64,000 bases of DNA from assembly GCF_000026545.1 (NCBI RefSeq), contig NC_011601.1. One strand, 5' to 3'. Each line of letters begins with the position of its first letter. Position 1 is the first letter of the stretch. Below, one piece after another: positions 44,092 through 59,633 of the stretch. The translations under genes were made by a program, and so were the position numbers. The notes beneath the pieces were generated by a model. The model was not told the origin of the DNA, made no database searches, and was given only the letters and a program-made list of their open reading frames with translations. The stretch comes from Escherichia coli O127:H6 str. E2348/69 (GTDB lineage: Bacteria; Pseudomonadota; Gammaproteobacteria; Enterobacterales; Enterobacteriaceae).

Positions 44092-44391
44092 ATGAAAGAT
44101 GTCGTAGATAAATGCAGTACTAAAGGATGTGCGATTGATATCGGTACGGTGATTGATAACGACAACTGTACCAGTAAGTTTTCGCGCTTTTTTGCCACCC
44201 GCGAAGAAGCTGAGTCCTTTATGACCAAACTGAAAGAGCTTGCCACCGCTGCATCCTCTGCGGATGAAGGGGCCAGCGTGGCCTATAAGATTAAGGATCT
44301 GGAGGGGCAAGTTGAGCTTGATGCGGCCTTCACCTTCTCATGCCAGGCCGAGATGATTATTTTTGAGTTATCACTGCGTTCGTTAGCTTGA
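44092..44391 (+). CDS. yiiS: UPF0381 protein YiiS
   Basis: The 99-aa protein is syntenic, lying immediately upstream of uspD. Confidence 0.88.
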   Translation: MKDVVDKCSTKGCAIDIGTVIDNDNCTSKFSRFFATREEAESFMTKLKELATAASSADEGASVAYKIKDLEGQVELDAAFTFSCQAEMIIFELSLRSLA

Positions 44392-44417
44392 TGGAGTTGC
44401 TTTAGAAGGAGTTAAAT

Positions 44418-44846
44418 ATGGCTTATAAACACATTGGCGTGGCAATTTCCGGGAATGAAGAAGATGCCTTACTGGTGAATAAAGCCCTGGAGCTCGCCAG
44501 ACATAATGACGCTCACCTGACGTTAATTCATATTGATGATGGCTTAAGCGAGTTGTATCCGGGTATCTACTTCCCTGCAACAGAAGATATTCTTCAATTG
44601 TTGAAGAATAAGTCGGATAACAAGCTGTATAAACTGACGAAAAATATTCAATGGCCGAAGACAAAACTGCGTATTGAACGCGGAGAAATGCCGGAAACAC
44701 TGCTGGAAATTATGCAAAAAGAGCAGTGCGACCTCCTTGTCTGTGGTCATCACCACTCATTTATCAACCGTTTGATGCCGGCATATCGCGGGATGATCAA
44801 TAAGTTGAGTGCGGATCTCTTGATCGTGCCGTTTATCGACAAGTAA
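44418..44846 (+). CDS. uspD: Universal stress protein D
   Basis: The 142-aa protein begins [20 protein letters not shown] and matches K-12 UspD. Confidence 0.95.
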   Translation: MAYKHIGVAISGNEEDALLVNKALELARHNDAHLTLIHIDDGLSELYPGIYFPATEDILQLLKNKSDNKLYKLTKNIQWPKTKLRIERGEMPETLLEIMQKEQCDLLVCGHHHSFINRLMPAYRGMINKLSADLLIVPFIDK

Positions 44847-44850
44847 CCGC

Positions 44851-45597
44851 TTACCAGTAATGCTCCGCTGTCATATGGCCCGGTCGGCGACGTAAATGTT
44901 TCGTCATCTGCCGGGTCTCCTTCAGCAACTGTTGTGTATCGCGCACCATCTGTGGATTGCCGCACAGCATCACATGGCTGGTTTCTTTATTCATCGGCAG
45001 GCCAACCGCGCTTTCCAGTTCACCACTTTCAATTAACGCCGGTAATCGCCCAGTGAGCGAACCCGCAGCCGTTTCCCGACTGACCACCGTCTGAATGCGC
45101 AGTTTCCCCTCGTAGCGTTTTTCCAGTTCCTGCATCAGAGGTAGATAGCTTAAGTCGGCGGCATATCGTGCGGCGTGAACCAGCACCATGTTTTTGAAGC
45201 GTTCTAAATCTTTGCCCAATTGCAGAATCGATAAATAAGGGCCAATCGCTGTACCGGTTGCCAGCATCCATAGCGTTTCGCAATCTGGTACTTCATCCAG
45301 CACAAAGAAGCCAGCGGCTTCGCTAACCACCTGCACTTCATCGCCCGGTTTCAGTGCCGCCAGTCGCGGGCTTAATTTGCCATCGGGGACGGTGACCAGG
45401 TAAAACTCCAGATCCGGATTATCGGGCGAGTTAACATAGGAGTAGGCGCGCTGAACGCGTTCGCCTTCAATTTCAAGGCCAAGTTTGGTGAATTGCCCGG
45501 CGGTAAACGGAAGCACGGGAGCGTGAACGGTGAGACTAAACAGGGCGTCGGTCCAGTTCTGCACTTTAGTGACTTTGCCTGTTACCCAATCAGCCAT
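44851..45597 (-). CDS. fpr: Ferredoxin/flavodoxin-NADP+ reductase
   Basis: The 248-aa protein begins MADWVTGKVTKVQNWTDALFSL and matches K-12 Fpr. Confidence 0.96.
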   Translation of the reverse strand: MADWVTGKVTKVQNWTDALFSLTVHAPVLPFTAGQFTKLGLEIEGERVQRAYSYVNSPDNPDLEFYLVTVPDGKLSPRLAALKPGDEVQVVSEAAGFFVLDEVPDCETLWMLATGTAIGPYLSILQLGKDLERFKNMVLVHAARYAADLSYLPLMQELEKRYEGKLRIQTVVSRETAAGSLTGRLPALIESGELESAVGLPMNKETSHVMLCGNPQMVRDTQQLLKETRQMTKHLRRRPGHMTAEHYW

Positions 45598-45643
45598 GTT
45601 TTTCTCCTGTTTTGATTGACTTGCCTTATCTTCGTTCTCCGAA

Positions 45644-45673
45644 CAAAAAAATTCCAGTCCCGAAGGACTGGAA
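45644..45673 (-). terminator. glpX Rho-independent terminator
   Basis: The minus strand reads TTCCAGTCC-TTCG-GGACTGGAA followed by TTTTTTT. Confidence 0.8.
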
Positions 45674-45693
45674 GGCTCAATCGATCAAATCAC

Positions 45694-46704
45694 TCAGAGA
45701 ATGTGCACCTGCATTTCCGGGTCTTTACGATCCAGATAGTGGATGGACTGAATGCGACGAATGGTGCGTGATTTACCACGGATCAGCAGCGTTTCGGTAG
45801 TCGCGATATTGCCTTTGCGGCTAATGCCTTCCAGCAGATCACCTTTGGTGATGCCGGTGGCAGAAAAGATGACGTTGTCGCTGCGCGCCATATCGCCCAA
45901 ACGCAATACTTTACCGGCTTCGATGCCCATCGCTTTGCAGCGTGCCAGCTCCTGCTCGCCAATGCGACGATTCTCTTCGTTGTCGCCTTTGACGTCATGA
46001 CGTGCCAGCAGACGACCATTCATGTCGCCATCTAATGCGCGGATCACCGCCGCAGAAACCACGCCTTCCGGCGCGCCGCCAATGCCGTACAGTACATCGA
46101 CTTCACTGTCCGGCATACAGGTGAGAATTGAGGCCGCCACATCGCCATCCGGAATAGCAAATACGCGTACGCCGAGTTGTTGCATTTCTGCGATAACGGC
46201 ATCGTGGCGCGGTTTTGCCAGAATCGTTACCGTCAGTTCGCTCAACGGTTTGCCGAGCGCCGCCGCAACATTGCGCAGGTTATCCGCCAGCGGCAGGTTC
46301 AGATCAATGGTGCCTTTGGCTCCCGGTCCGACGATCAGCTTCTCCATATACATATCTGGCGCGTTGAGGAAACAGCCTTTATCGCCTACTGCCAGCACCG
46401 CCAACGCGTTAGCCTGGCCCATCGCCGTCATGCGCGTGCCTTCAATCGGATCAACAGCAATATCTACCGCGTCGCCGCGACCAGTACCGACTTTTTCACC
46501 AATGTAGAGCATCGGTGCTTCGTCGATTTCACCTTCACCAATGACGATGGTGCCGTCAATGTTGACCTGGTTGAGCATAATACGCATGGCGTTTACCGCC
46601 GCGCCGTCCGCGGTGTTTTTATCGCCGCGTCCTAACCATTTGTAGCCAGCCAGCGCCGCTGATTCGGTGACGCGGGAAAATTCGATGGCAAGTTCTCGTC
46701 TCAT
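45694..46704 (-). CDS. glpX: Class II fructose-1,6-bisphosphatase
   Basis: The 336-aa protein begins MRRELAIEFSRVTESAALAGY and matches K-12 GlpX. Confidence 0.96.
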   Translation of the reverse strand: MRRELAIEFSRVTESAALAGYKWLGRGDKNTADGAAVNAMRIMLNQVNIDGTIVIGEGEIDEAPMLYIGEKVGTGRGDAVDIAVDPIEGTRMTAMGQANALAVLAVGDKGCFLNAPDMYMEKLIVGPGAKGTIDLNLPLADNLRNVAAALGKPLSELTVTILAKPRHDAVIAEMQQLGVRVFAIPDGDVAASILTCMPDSEVDVLYGIGGAPEGVVSAAVIRALDGDMNGRLLARHDVKGDNEENRRIGEQELARCKAMGIEAGKVLRLGDMARSDNVIFSATGITKGDLLEGISRKGNIATTETLLIRGKSRTIRRIQSIHYLDRKDPEMQVHIL

Positions 46705-46810
46705 AGCAAACTCTAAGCAGTAAGGAATGGCGCGAAGTGTAGCACAGGGGAAGGGCGGGATTATTGATGTGTGCGGGGTTGCCCCCGCACGGTTTCAGAG
46801 TCTGCGTGAT

Positions 46811-46866
46811 GCCGGATGTGTATCCGACTCGTAGGCCTGATAAGACGCGCAAGCGTCGTATCAGGC
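46811..46866. repeat. REP element(s) between glpX and glpK
   Basis: The element reads GCCGGATGTG...GTAGGCCTGATAAGACGCGCAAGCGTCGTATCAGGC. Confidence 0.85.
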
Positions 46867-46874
46867 AATCATTA

Positions 46875-49251
<2,377 letters not shown>

Positions 49252-49627
49252 AATCGGATCCTGAAGAGTTAATGTTTGTTGTATGCGTGAAAGTCACGGA
49301 CCTCCACGATGCTTGTAGGCATGCTGTAAACTTATCGTTAACGAGCAAAAACGAGAAATATCGAACTTAAAATGTGTGTGCTTCGTCATAAAATGAGCGT
49401 TATCGCGCCATTTGTTCCATCTGATTGTACATGATGCATGTCTGTTAGATCATTCGCGCAACAAATTTATTAACATTTTCGATTGGTGTGGATTATGTCA
49501 CCAGGAGAAGGATGAAAAGTGTAGCAAACCGTAATCTGCAAGGCGTGCCGCTGGACAGCGATGGCGCGGCTTCATACAATCGGAGCTAACTAAAGTGCGC
49601 TCGTATTTATTAAGGCGTCACCGGTAA

Positions 49628-49921
<294 letters not shown>

Positions 49922-49976
49922 TTACACTTCATCTTTCGCGTAATTTCTTTACTGTGTAGGCCAACAGGTAACGCAG

Positions 49977-50002
49977 AAAAAAGGCACCTTGCGGTGCCTT
50001 TT
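49977..50002. terminator. Bidirectional terminator between convergent zapB and rraA
   Basis: The sequence is AAAAAAGGCACC-TTGC-GGTGCCTTTT, with an A-run and a T-run flanking the GC stem. Confidence 0.8.
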
Positions 50003-50005
50003 CTA

Positions 50006-50491
50006 TCATTCAATATCCAGCGGATCTTCTGAAAGAATAATCCCGGTATTGTCGGCATAAAGATGGTCGCCGGAGAAGAAGGTGACACCGCCAAAATTGA
50101 CGCGGACATCGCTTTCGCCAATGCCTTCGCCAGCGGCACCAACCGGAATTGCCGCCATCGCCTGGATGCCGATATCCAACTCTTCCAGGTCATCTACCTG
50201 ACGCACCGCGCCGTAAATGACCAGACCTTCCCATTCATTTTGTACTGCCAGACGCGCCAGTTCAGCATCGACCAGTGCGCGACGAACAGAACCTCCGCCA
50301 TCGACGACAAGAACACGACCACGGCCATTCTGTTCGAGCAGATCGTACAGCAACCCGTTGTCCTCGAAACATTTTACCGTGATTATTTGTCCGCCAAACG
50401 ACGCCCGTCCGCCAAAGTTGGAGAACAGCGGTTCCACGACGTTAACATCTTCTTGATAGATGTCACAAAGCTCGGAAGTATCGTATTTCAT
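50006..50491 (-). CDS. rraA: RNase E inhibitor RraA
   Basis: The 161-aa protein begins [23 protein letters not shown] and matches K-12 RraA. Confidence 0.96.
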
Positions 50492-50583
50492 AGGCTTAAC
50501 ATTCAGTTGCTGCGAGAATTTTCAGTATATCGCGCTATGTGGGCTGTTGGCAAAATCATCAATTGTTAATTGATATTTGTCAG

Positions 50584-51510
50584 TTATGCTGCCCACTGGC
50601 TTAGGAATATCCCTAAAACAAACAGCAGGTTAGTCAGTAACGCTCCTTTGACAGTGCGTTCCAGCATTGGTCGCATCGCCACCGGGTCCATTTCGCGCAT
50701 CACATAACGAGCTTGCTTCACCAGCAACGGTGCCGCCAGCAGGAACAGCCAGCCCCACAGGCTATGCAGCGAAAAGAGATTAAACAGCGCCAGACACACC
50801 AGAGAGCCCATCAGCAGGCAGGCATGATAACGACGTGCGTTTACTGCGCCTAAGCGCACCACCAGCGTGTTTTTGCCGTTTTCGCGGTCGCTATTGATAT
50901 CACGCAGGTTATTAATGTTCAGTACTGCCGTTGCCAGCAGGCCGCATGCGGTTGCCGGAAGGATCAGTGCCGGAATCAATGTATGAGCCTGTAAATACCA
51001 GCTCCCCATGACGCTCAACCAGCCAAAGAAAACCAGTACGGAAATATCACCCAAACCGATATAACCATAAGGACGATTGCCCACGGTGTAGGTGATAGCG
51101 GCAATGATCGACAACCCACCAAGAATCAGGAAACCGACAAAATCGGCCAGCGTATGGCACGCCACTGCAACCAGTGCCAGCCCGGAAAGACAGATGAGCA
51201 CAACGGTAATAATGAGCGCCCGTTTCATCTCTTGCTGGGTAATGACCCCTTTTTGCATGCCGCGTAGCGGCCCAATGCGGTCAGGTTTATCGCTGCCTTT
51301 TACCGCATCGCCGTAATCATTGGCGAGGTTAGAAAGGATCTGTAATAGCCCGGCGGTAATCAATGCCAGCAGGGCGACCAGTGGATCGAAGTGACCTTGC
51401 CACCATGCCAGCGCCGTCCCGACGATAATTGCAGCAAAGGCGAGGGGGAGGGTTTTAGGTCGTAAACTTTCCAGCCACGCCTGAGTTCGGCTAATTTGTT
51501 GTTCAGTCAT
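50584..51510 (-). CDS. menA: 1,4-dihydroxy-2-naphthoate octaprenyltransferase
   Basis: The 308-aa form starts at MTEQQISRTQAWLESL. It is a polytopic UbiA family member with the NDYGD motif and matches K-12 MenA. Confidence 0.95.
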   Translation of the reverse strand: MTEQQISRTQAWLESLRPKTLPLAFAAIIVGTALAWWQGHFDPLVALLALITAGLLQILSNLANDYGDAVKGSDKPDRIGPLRGMQKGVITQQEMKRALIITVVLICLSGLALVAVACHTLADFVGFLILGGLSIIAAITYTVGNRPYGYIGLGDISVLVFFGWLSVMGSWYLQAHTLIPALILPATACGLLATAVLNINNLRDINSDRENGKNTLVVRLGAVNARRYHACLLMGSLVCLALFNLFSLHSLWGWLFLLAAPLLVKQARYVMREMDPVAMRPMLERTVKGALLTNLLFVLGIFLSQWAA

Positions 51511-51576
51511 AATACGCGCCAATAAAAATGGGGCCTTTCAGCCCCATCAAACAATGATGAAAATGATTGAACGCGA

Positions 51577-52908
51577 TTATAGGATAAAACGGCTCAGATC
51601 TTCATCTGCCACCAACGCATCCAGATGTTTGCTCACATAATCTGCGTCAATAGTGATAGTTTGACCGCTTAAATCGCTGGCGTCGTAGGAAATCTCTTCC
51701 ATTAAACGCTCCAGAACGGTATGTAAACGACGAGCACCGATGTTTTCGGTAGATTCGTTCACCTGCCATGCCGCTTCCGCGATGCGCTTAATACCGGAGT
51801 CGGTAAACTCGATATTTACGCCTTCAGTCGCCATCAGTGCTTTGTACTGCACGGTAATAGAGGCATTCGGCTCGGTCAGAATACGCTCGAAGTCGCTGGT
51901 GGTCAGTGCCTGCAGCTCAACGCGGATTGGCAGACGACCTTGCAGTTCCGGGATCAGGTCAGACGGTTTCGCAATCTGGAACGCGCCAGAAGCGATAAAC
52001 AGAATGTGGTCAGTTTTGACCATCCCGTGTTTGGTGGAAACAGTGCAACCTTCTACCAGCGGCAGCAGGTCACGCTGAACGCCTTCACGAGAAACATCCG
52101 GACCGGAAGACTCGCCGCGCTTACAGATTTTGTCGATTTCGTCGATAAACACGATCCCGTGCTGCTCAACAGCGTCGATAGCATCTTGCTTCAGCTCTTC
52201 CGGGTTCACCAGTTTCGCCGCTTCTTCTTCAATCAGCAGCTTCATGGCGTCTTTGATTTTCAGCTTACGCGCTTTTTGCTTCTGACCGCCCAGGTTCTGG
52301 AACATGGACTGCAGCTGGCTGGTCATCTCTTCCATGCCCGGAGGAGCCATAATTTCAACGCCCATCGGTGCTGCGGCAAGATCGATCTCGATTTCTTTGT
52401 CATCAAGCTGGCCTTCACGCAGTTTTTTGCGGAATGCCTGACGAGCAGCGGACGGTTCCTGCTGCTGTTCGGTCTGTCCCCAGTTGTTTTTAGCAGGTGG
52501 GATCAGCACGTCGAGAATACGTTCTTCTGCCAGTTCTTCAGCGCGATAACGGTTTTTCTCGATAGCCTGGACGCGTACCATTTTCACGGCGGCATCGGTC
52601 AGATCGCGAATAATAGAATCCACTTCCTTACCGACATAGCCCACTTCGGTGAATTTGGTCGCTTCAACTTTGATGAACGGCGCATTCGCCAGCTTAGCCA
52701 GACGACGGGCGATTTCAGTTTTACCGACACCGGTCGGGCCGATCATCAGGATATTTTTCGGGGTCACTTCATGGCGCAGCTCTTCGTTGAGCTGCATGCG
52801 ACGCCAGCGGTTACGCAGAGCAATCGCCACGGAACGCTTGGCGTTGTCCTGGCCGATGATGTGCTTATCCAGTTCGCTGACGATTTCGCGTGGGGTCATT
52901 TCAGACAT
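51577..52908 (-). CDS. hslU: AAA+ ATPase subunit of the HslUV protease
   Basis: The 443-aa protein has the Walker A motif GPTGVGKT and matches K-12 HslU. Confidence 0.97.
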
Positions 52909-52917
52909 GGGAGATCC

Positions 52918-53448
52918 TTACGCTTTGTAGCTTAATTCTTCGATGGTGTGGAAATGGTTGGTATAGATGCAAATGTCGCCTGCAATATCCAACGCCTTTT
53001 CAGCAATTTCACGGGCGCTAAGTTCAGTGTTTTCTAACAGCGCGCGCGCCGCAGCCTGGGCGTAAGGGCCGCCAGAGCCGATAGCAATAAGATCGTTTTC
53101 TGGCTGCACCACGTCACCGTTACCGGTGATGATAAGCGATGCAGTTTCATCCGCGACTGCCAGCAGTGCTTCAAGTTTGCGCAGCATGCGATCGGTACGC
53201 CAGTCTTTCGCCAGCTCAACGGCGGCTTTGACCAGATGGCCCTGATGCATTTCCAGTTTACGTTCAAACAGTTCGAACAGCGTAAAAGCATCCGCAGTAC
53301 CGCCCGCAAAGCCCGCGATGACTTTGTCGTTGTACAGACGGCGGACCTTTTTCACGTTGCCTTTCATTACGGTATTGCCCAACGTGGCCTGACCATCACC
53401 AGCGATGACCACATGGCCGTTACGGCGTACGCTTACTATAGTTGTCAC
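52918..53448 (-). CDS. hslV: Peptidase subunit of the HslUV protease
   Basis: The 176-aa protein begins [11 protein letters not shown], with the N-terminal Thr nucleophile. It matches K-12 HslV. Confidence 0.97.
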
Positions 53449-53517
53449 GAGCTGACCCCTTGGTTACGAATACAGAGTACAAACCCCGTACAAAAGTACG
53501 GGGCATAATGCAATTAT

Positions 53518-53544
53518 AGATGGGGGGGATTTTGAGGGTTTCAA
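53518..53544 (-). promoter_or_regulatory. Sigma32 heat-shock promoter of hslVU
   Basis: The minus strand reads TTGAAA-N13-CCCCATCT, against the sigma32 consensus CTTGAAA-N13-15-CCCCATnT. It overlaps the ftsN stop. A CCCCGTAC-TTTT-GTACGGGG hairpin lies just downstream at 53484-53503. Confidence 0.8.
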
Positions 53545-54425
53545 CCCCCGGCGGCGAGCCGAATGCAGTTTGTATGACCCGCCATCTTCAAGCGATTGAG
53601 GGTGCTGTCTGCGTTCTCTTTGCCTTTCACCGGGCCAATCACCACACGATTCCAGCCATTGTTGGTGGTAATTTTTGAGTCAAAGCCTTCGAACGCCAGC
53701 TGAGCACGTACCGTCTCTGCCTGTTCCGCGCCTCTGAACGAACCGCACTGCACCATCCAGCGGCGTTCGTCTTTTTTCTCCGCCGTCGGTTTTGGCGCGT
53801 CAGCGGCACGAGCAACCGGCGCAGCTTGCTGCGGCTTCGACTGCGCGGTCGTGTGCGCAGGGGTTTGCAGCAGATCCTGGTACGGCTGCTGAGTAGAAGC
53901 CGGTTTAGACTGGCGCGGTTGCGCCTGTACCGGCGCGGCTTGCGACGTACGCGTCTGCTGCTGCCAGCTTTGTTCAGTCGTACGCGACTGCTGAGCCAGG
54001 CGTTGCTGCTCCGCTAATTGCTGCGCCTGACGCTGGCGCATATCAGCCTGCATTTGCTCAAGAAGCTGGCGTTGTTCTGGTGTCAGTTGCTCCGGCGTTT
54101 TCACTTCACCACCGGCAGAAGGTTCTGTAGGCGCACGCACACCCGGCTGGCGACTTTCCAGCTCTTTGATGTAGCGCCAGCGTTCTTCTGGTTTTGGTGG
54201 TAGTCCGTTTCCGGTCACTTTCTGGCTTTGCAGCGTCTCGGACTCTTCTTTCTTGTGATGCGTAATGAAGTACAGACCACCGATAAAGGTCACAAGAACG
54301 GCGGCAGCAATAGCGACCATAGCGGGAGAAACCGCAGGCAGATTTCGTTGCTTTTTCCGTGAGGTGCTCTTTTTTCGCCGCGAAGGTGCCGGTTGGCTGC
54401 GGCGTACATAATCTCGTTGTGCCAC
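53541..54425 (-). CDS. ftsN: Cell-division protein FtsN (SPOR domain); 294 aa, shorter than the recalled 319-aa K-12 form
   Basis: The sequence matches K-12 FtsN at the N-terminus, the TM segment, the essential region (WRYIKELE) and the C-terminal SPOR domain (RWMVQCGSFRGAEQAE). It lacks about 25 aa of the Gln-rich linker. Confidence 0.93.
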   Translation of the reverse strand: MAQRDYVRRSQPAPSRRKKSTSRKKQRNLPAVSPAMVAIAAAVLVTFIGGLYFITHHKKEESETLQSQKVTGNGLPPKPEERWRYIKELESRQPGVRAPTEPSAGGEVKTPEQLTPEQRQLLEQMQADMRQRQAQQLAEQQRLAQQSRTTEQSWQQQTRTSQAAPVQAQPRQSKPASTQQPYQDLLQTPAHTTAQSKPQQAAPVARAADAPKPTAEKKDERRWMVQCGSFRGAEQAETVRAQLAFEGFDSKITTNNGWNRVVIGPVKGKENADSTLNRLKMAGHTNCIRLAAGG

Positions 54426-54516
54426 TATCGTTTCGCTGTATTTATTCGTTCGTCAGCCCGCCATGTTACTTAAGCGGCGGGCCTTTGACCAGTCACGGCA
54501 GTCTTAAAGGTTTACT

Positions 54517-55542
54517 TTAAGGTAACGCGCGTGTTGATCCCCGGATGATAAGTTCGCAGTCCATTAAACGAGAGCCACTGCCAACGTGTTGCCCCTGCAT
54601 TTGATCAAGCAATAACAGCATAGCTTCCCGACCGATTTCGTAACGCGGCTGCGCGATGGTTGTCAGCGGCGGATCACAAAATTGCGTCAGGTCGATGTTA
54701 TCAAAACCGATTATGGAAAGGTCTTCCGGTACTTTCAGCCCCTGGCGTTTTGCCTGCGAAAGTGCGCCGAGCGCCATCACATCGCTATGGCAGAAGACAG
54801 CAGTAGGCGGTTGTGGAAGATCAAGCAGCTGTTGCATTGCTTTGCTTCCGGCTTCGAAGGTGAAGTCGCCACGGGCGATGTATTGCGGATCAACCATAAT
54901 GCCGCAGCGACGCAGCGCCTGAACGTAGCCTTGCAGGCGGTAGTGACACAGCGGCATCTCTTCGGGACCGGCTATACAGCCAATCCGTTTATGCCCTTGC
55001 TCATATAAATAATTTACTGCATCAAATGCGGCGGTCAGATTGTCGATATGAACTGTAGGCAGCTCCAGTTCCGGTGCAAATTCGTTCGCCATCACCATCG
55101 GCGGCAGATTACGCTGTTCCTCAATGCTGGCATCAAACGGCAGCCTTGAACCCAGCAGCAACATGCCATCAATTTGCTTGGTGATGATCAAATCGATAAA
55201 GGTTTTTTCCTGCTGATTTTGATGCGCACAGTCGCCAATCAGCACCAGATATCCGTGATTTGCCGCCGTAACTTCGATACCGCGAATAATTTCGCTAAAG
55301 AAAGGGTCGCAGATATCCGGGACAATCACCAGAATAGTGCGGGATTCATTACGCTTGACGTTGCGCCCCATAGGCTGTGGTAAATAACCCACTTCCCGGG
55401 CCGCTTTTTCAACCCGATTACGAGTGGTCTGGGAGACTTTATCGGGATTCATTAATGCTCGGGAGACGGTCGCTGTAGAGACTTTTGCCTTGAGGGCAAC
55501 GTCTTTCATGGTCGCGGCAGTTTCCTGCTTCTTCGCTTTCAC
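54517..55542 (-). CDS. cytR: LacI-family repressor CytR
   Basis: The 341-aa form starts from GTG at 55542 (M-KAKKQETAATMKDVA) and matches K-12 CytR. Confidence 0.95.
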   Translation of the reverse strand: MKAKKQETAATMKDVALKAKVSTATVSRALMNPDKVSQTTRNRVEKAAREVGYLPQPMGRNVKRNESRTILVIVPDICDPFFSEIIRGIEVTAANHGYLVLIGDCAHQNQQEKTFIDLIITKQIDGMLLLGSRLPFDASIEEQRNLPPMVMANEFAPELELPTVHIDNLTAAFDAVNYLYEQGHKRIGCIAGPEEMPLCHYRLQGYVQALRRCGIMVDPQYIARGDFTFEAGSKAMQQLLDLPQPPTAVFCHSDVMALGALSQAKRQGLKVPEDLSIIGFDNIDLTQFCDPPLTTIAQPRYEIGREAMLLLLDQMQGQHVGSGSRLMDCELIIRGSTRALP

Positions 55543-55697
55543 ACTCACTCCTCGCCTGGCACGTCAGGCGTACTACATCCATGTTTACTTCACATCGGCA
55601 ACATTTTTAGCAGATAGCGCGTGAAAACGGTTACAGAATTTTCATGAAAAGTGTGATGAATATTGAATTTTTCGATCCGCCTCGCATCGTGAGCGGT

Positions 55698-58055
<2,358 letters not shown>

Positions 58056-58059
58056 TTAG

Positions 58060-58311
<252 letters not shown>

Positions 58312-58323
58312 GACCGGATTTCC

Positions 58324-58351
58324 GAAAAAAGCGCCGCACGGCGCTTTTTTT
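58324..58351. terminator. rpmE terminator (bidirectional with convergent yiiX)
   Basis: The sequence is AAAAAAGCGCC-GCAC-GGCGCTTTTTTT. Confidence 0.85.
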
Positions 58352-58371
58352 GTGCCTGAATTTTGGTCGTA

Positions 58372-58980
58372 TTACCAGGAAAACAGCGGCCATTCTTTGG
58401 CGACCGTGGTGAGTTGTGGCGCGTCGAAAACGGCTTGTGGTGAAACTACCGTTTCCTCAAGCGGAATATTTTTGCCGTAGCGTTCTTTGAGCTTTGCCTG
58501 AACCAGCGGGTTACTAAGATCGAACTCTTTCAGCTTCTGCTGCTCGCCCACACGCATTCCCAGCGCATTCTGGTAGACCTTCCACACCACTTCCGAACAG
58601 TACTGGCGATCGTCGCTCCATGAGAAGCTGAAGTCATACGATTTACCGAGATAACGTTTTGCCGTTTGCGCCAGTTTTTGCTGTTGTTCAACACTCAGTC
58701 CGCCTTCAACGCGGCGAACAACGTATTTGCCCTTTTCACCATGGGCGATCCACTGCTTGAGTGGGGTGTATTTCACCGGGCCGACCGCTTCAAAAACGTA
58801 GGGCTTTTTGTTACGCATCACCAGCATACCGGTGTGGCTGTAATCGGAATGGGTCGCCAGTTGGATCGCTTTACTTTGCGATGAGCGAGAGATTTGAAAG
58901 ATGATGTCGCCAGTTTGCGGCTGCCAGGCAAAGGCAGGCACAGAAACCAGCAGGCTGAGGATCAGTAGCCTGATTTTCAT
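58372..58980 (-). CDS. yiiX: Permuted NlpC/P60-like putative peptidoglycan peptidase YiiX
   Basis: The 202-aa protein has a signal peptide. It matches recalled K-12 YiiX and is syntenic. Confidence 0.9.
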   Translation of the reverse strand: MKIRLLILSLLVSVPAFAWQPQTGDIIFQISRSSQSKAIQLATHSDYSHTGMLVMRNKKPYVFEAVGPVKYTPLKQWIAHGEKGKYVVRRVEGGLSVEQQQKLAQTAKRYLGKSYDFSFSWSDDRQYCSEVVWKVYQNALGMRVGEQQKLKEFDLSNPLVQAKLKERYGKNIPLEETVVSPQAVFDAPQLTTVAKEWPLFSW

Positions 58981-59039
58981 CGTTAAACGTCCATGTATGA
59001 AAAAAGCGGCTGGTTAACTCCGCGCCGCTCTTTTCCGCT

Positions 59040-59357
59040 TTAGTATTCCCACGTCTCCGGGTTAATCCCCATCTCACGCATGATCTCTTTTGCCGCTTCC
59101 GGGATTTCGTCGCTGCGCTCTTTACGCAGGTCGGCATCATCCGGCAAAGGTTGCCCGGTAAAGGCATGCAGAAACGCTTCGCACAGCAGCTCGCTGTTGG
59201 TCGCGTGACGCAGGTTGTTCACCTGACGACGCGTGCGTTCATCGGTGAGGATTTTTAACACCTTAAGAGGAATGGAAACCGTAATTTTTTTGACTTGTTC
59301 ACTCTTCTTGCCGTGCTCAGCGTATGGGCTGATATATTCGCCGCTCCATTCAGCCAT
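59040..59357 (-). CDS. metJ: Methionine repressor MetJ
   Basis: The 105-aa form starts at [30 protein letters not shown] and matches K-12 MetJ. The track ORF has a 46-codon upstream extension. Confidence 0.97.
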
Positions 59358-59546
59358 GAGATACTTAATCCTCTTCGTCAATAAATTGAGGCCAGACCAC
59401 ACAATTAATATGGGTACTGACCGTAAACCCGCATAGTTTACCGTACAGGCGTTACCGTGACATCGTGTAATGCACCTGTCGGCGTGATAATGCATATAAT
59501 TTTAACGGCTATTTGAGATTTGCTCAATCTATACGCAAAGAAGTTT

Positions 59547-59578
59547 AGATGTCCAGATGTATTGACGTCCATTAACAC
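59547..59578. promoter_or_regulatory. Tandem MetJ operator (four 8-bp met boxes) in the metJ/metB divergent region
   Basis: The boxes are AGATGTCC AGATGTAT TGACGTCC ATTAACAC, against the met-box consensus AGACGTCT. Confidence 0.8.
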
Positions 59579-59633
59579 AATGTTTACTCTGGTGCCTGAC
59601 ATTTCACCGACCAAGCCCAGGGAACTTCATCAC

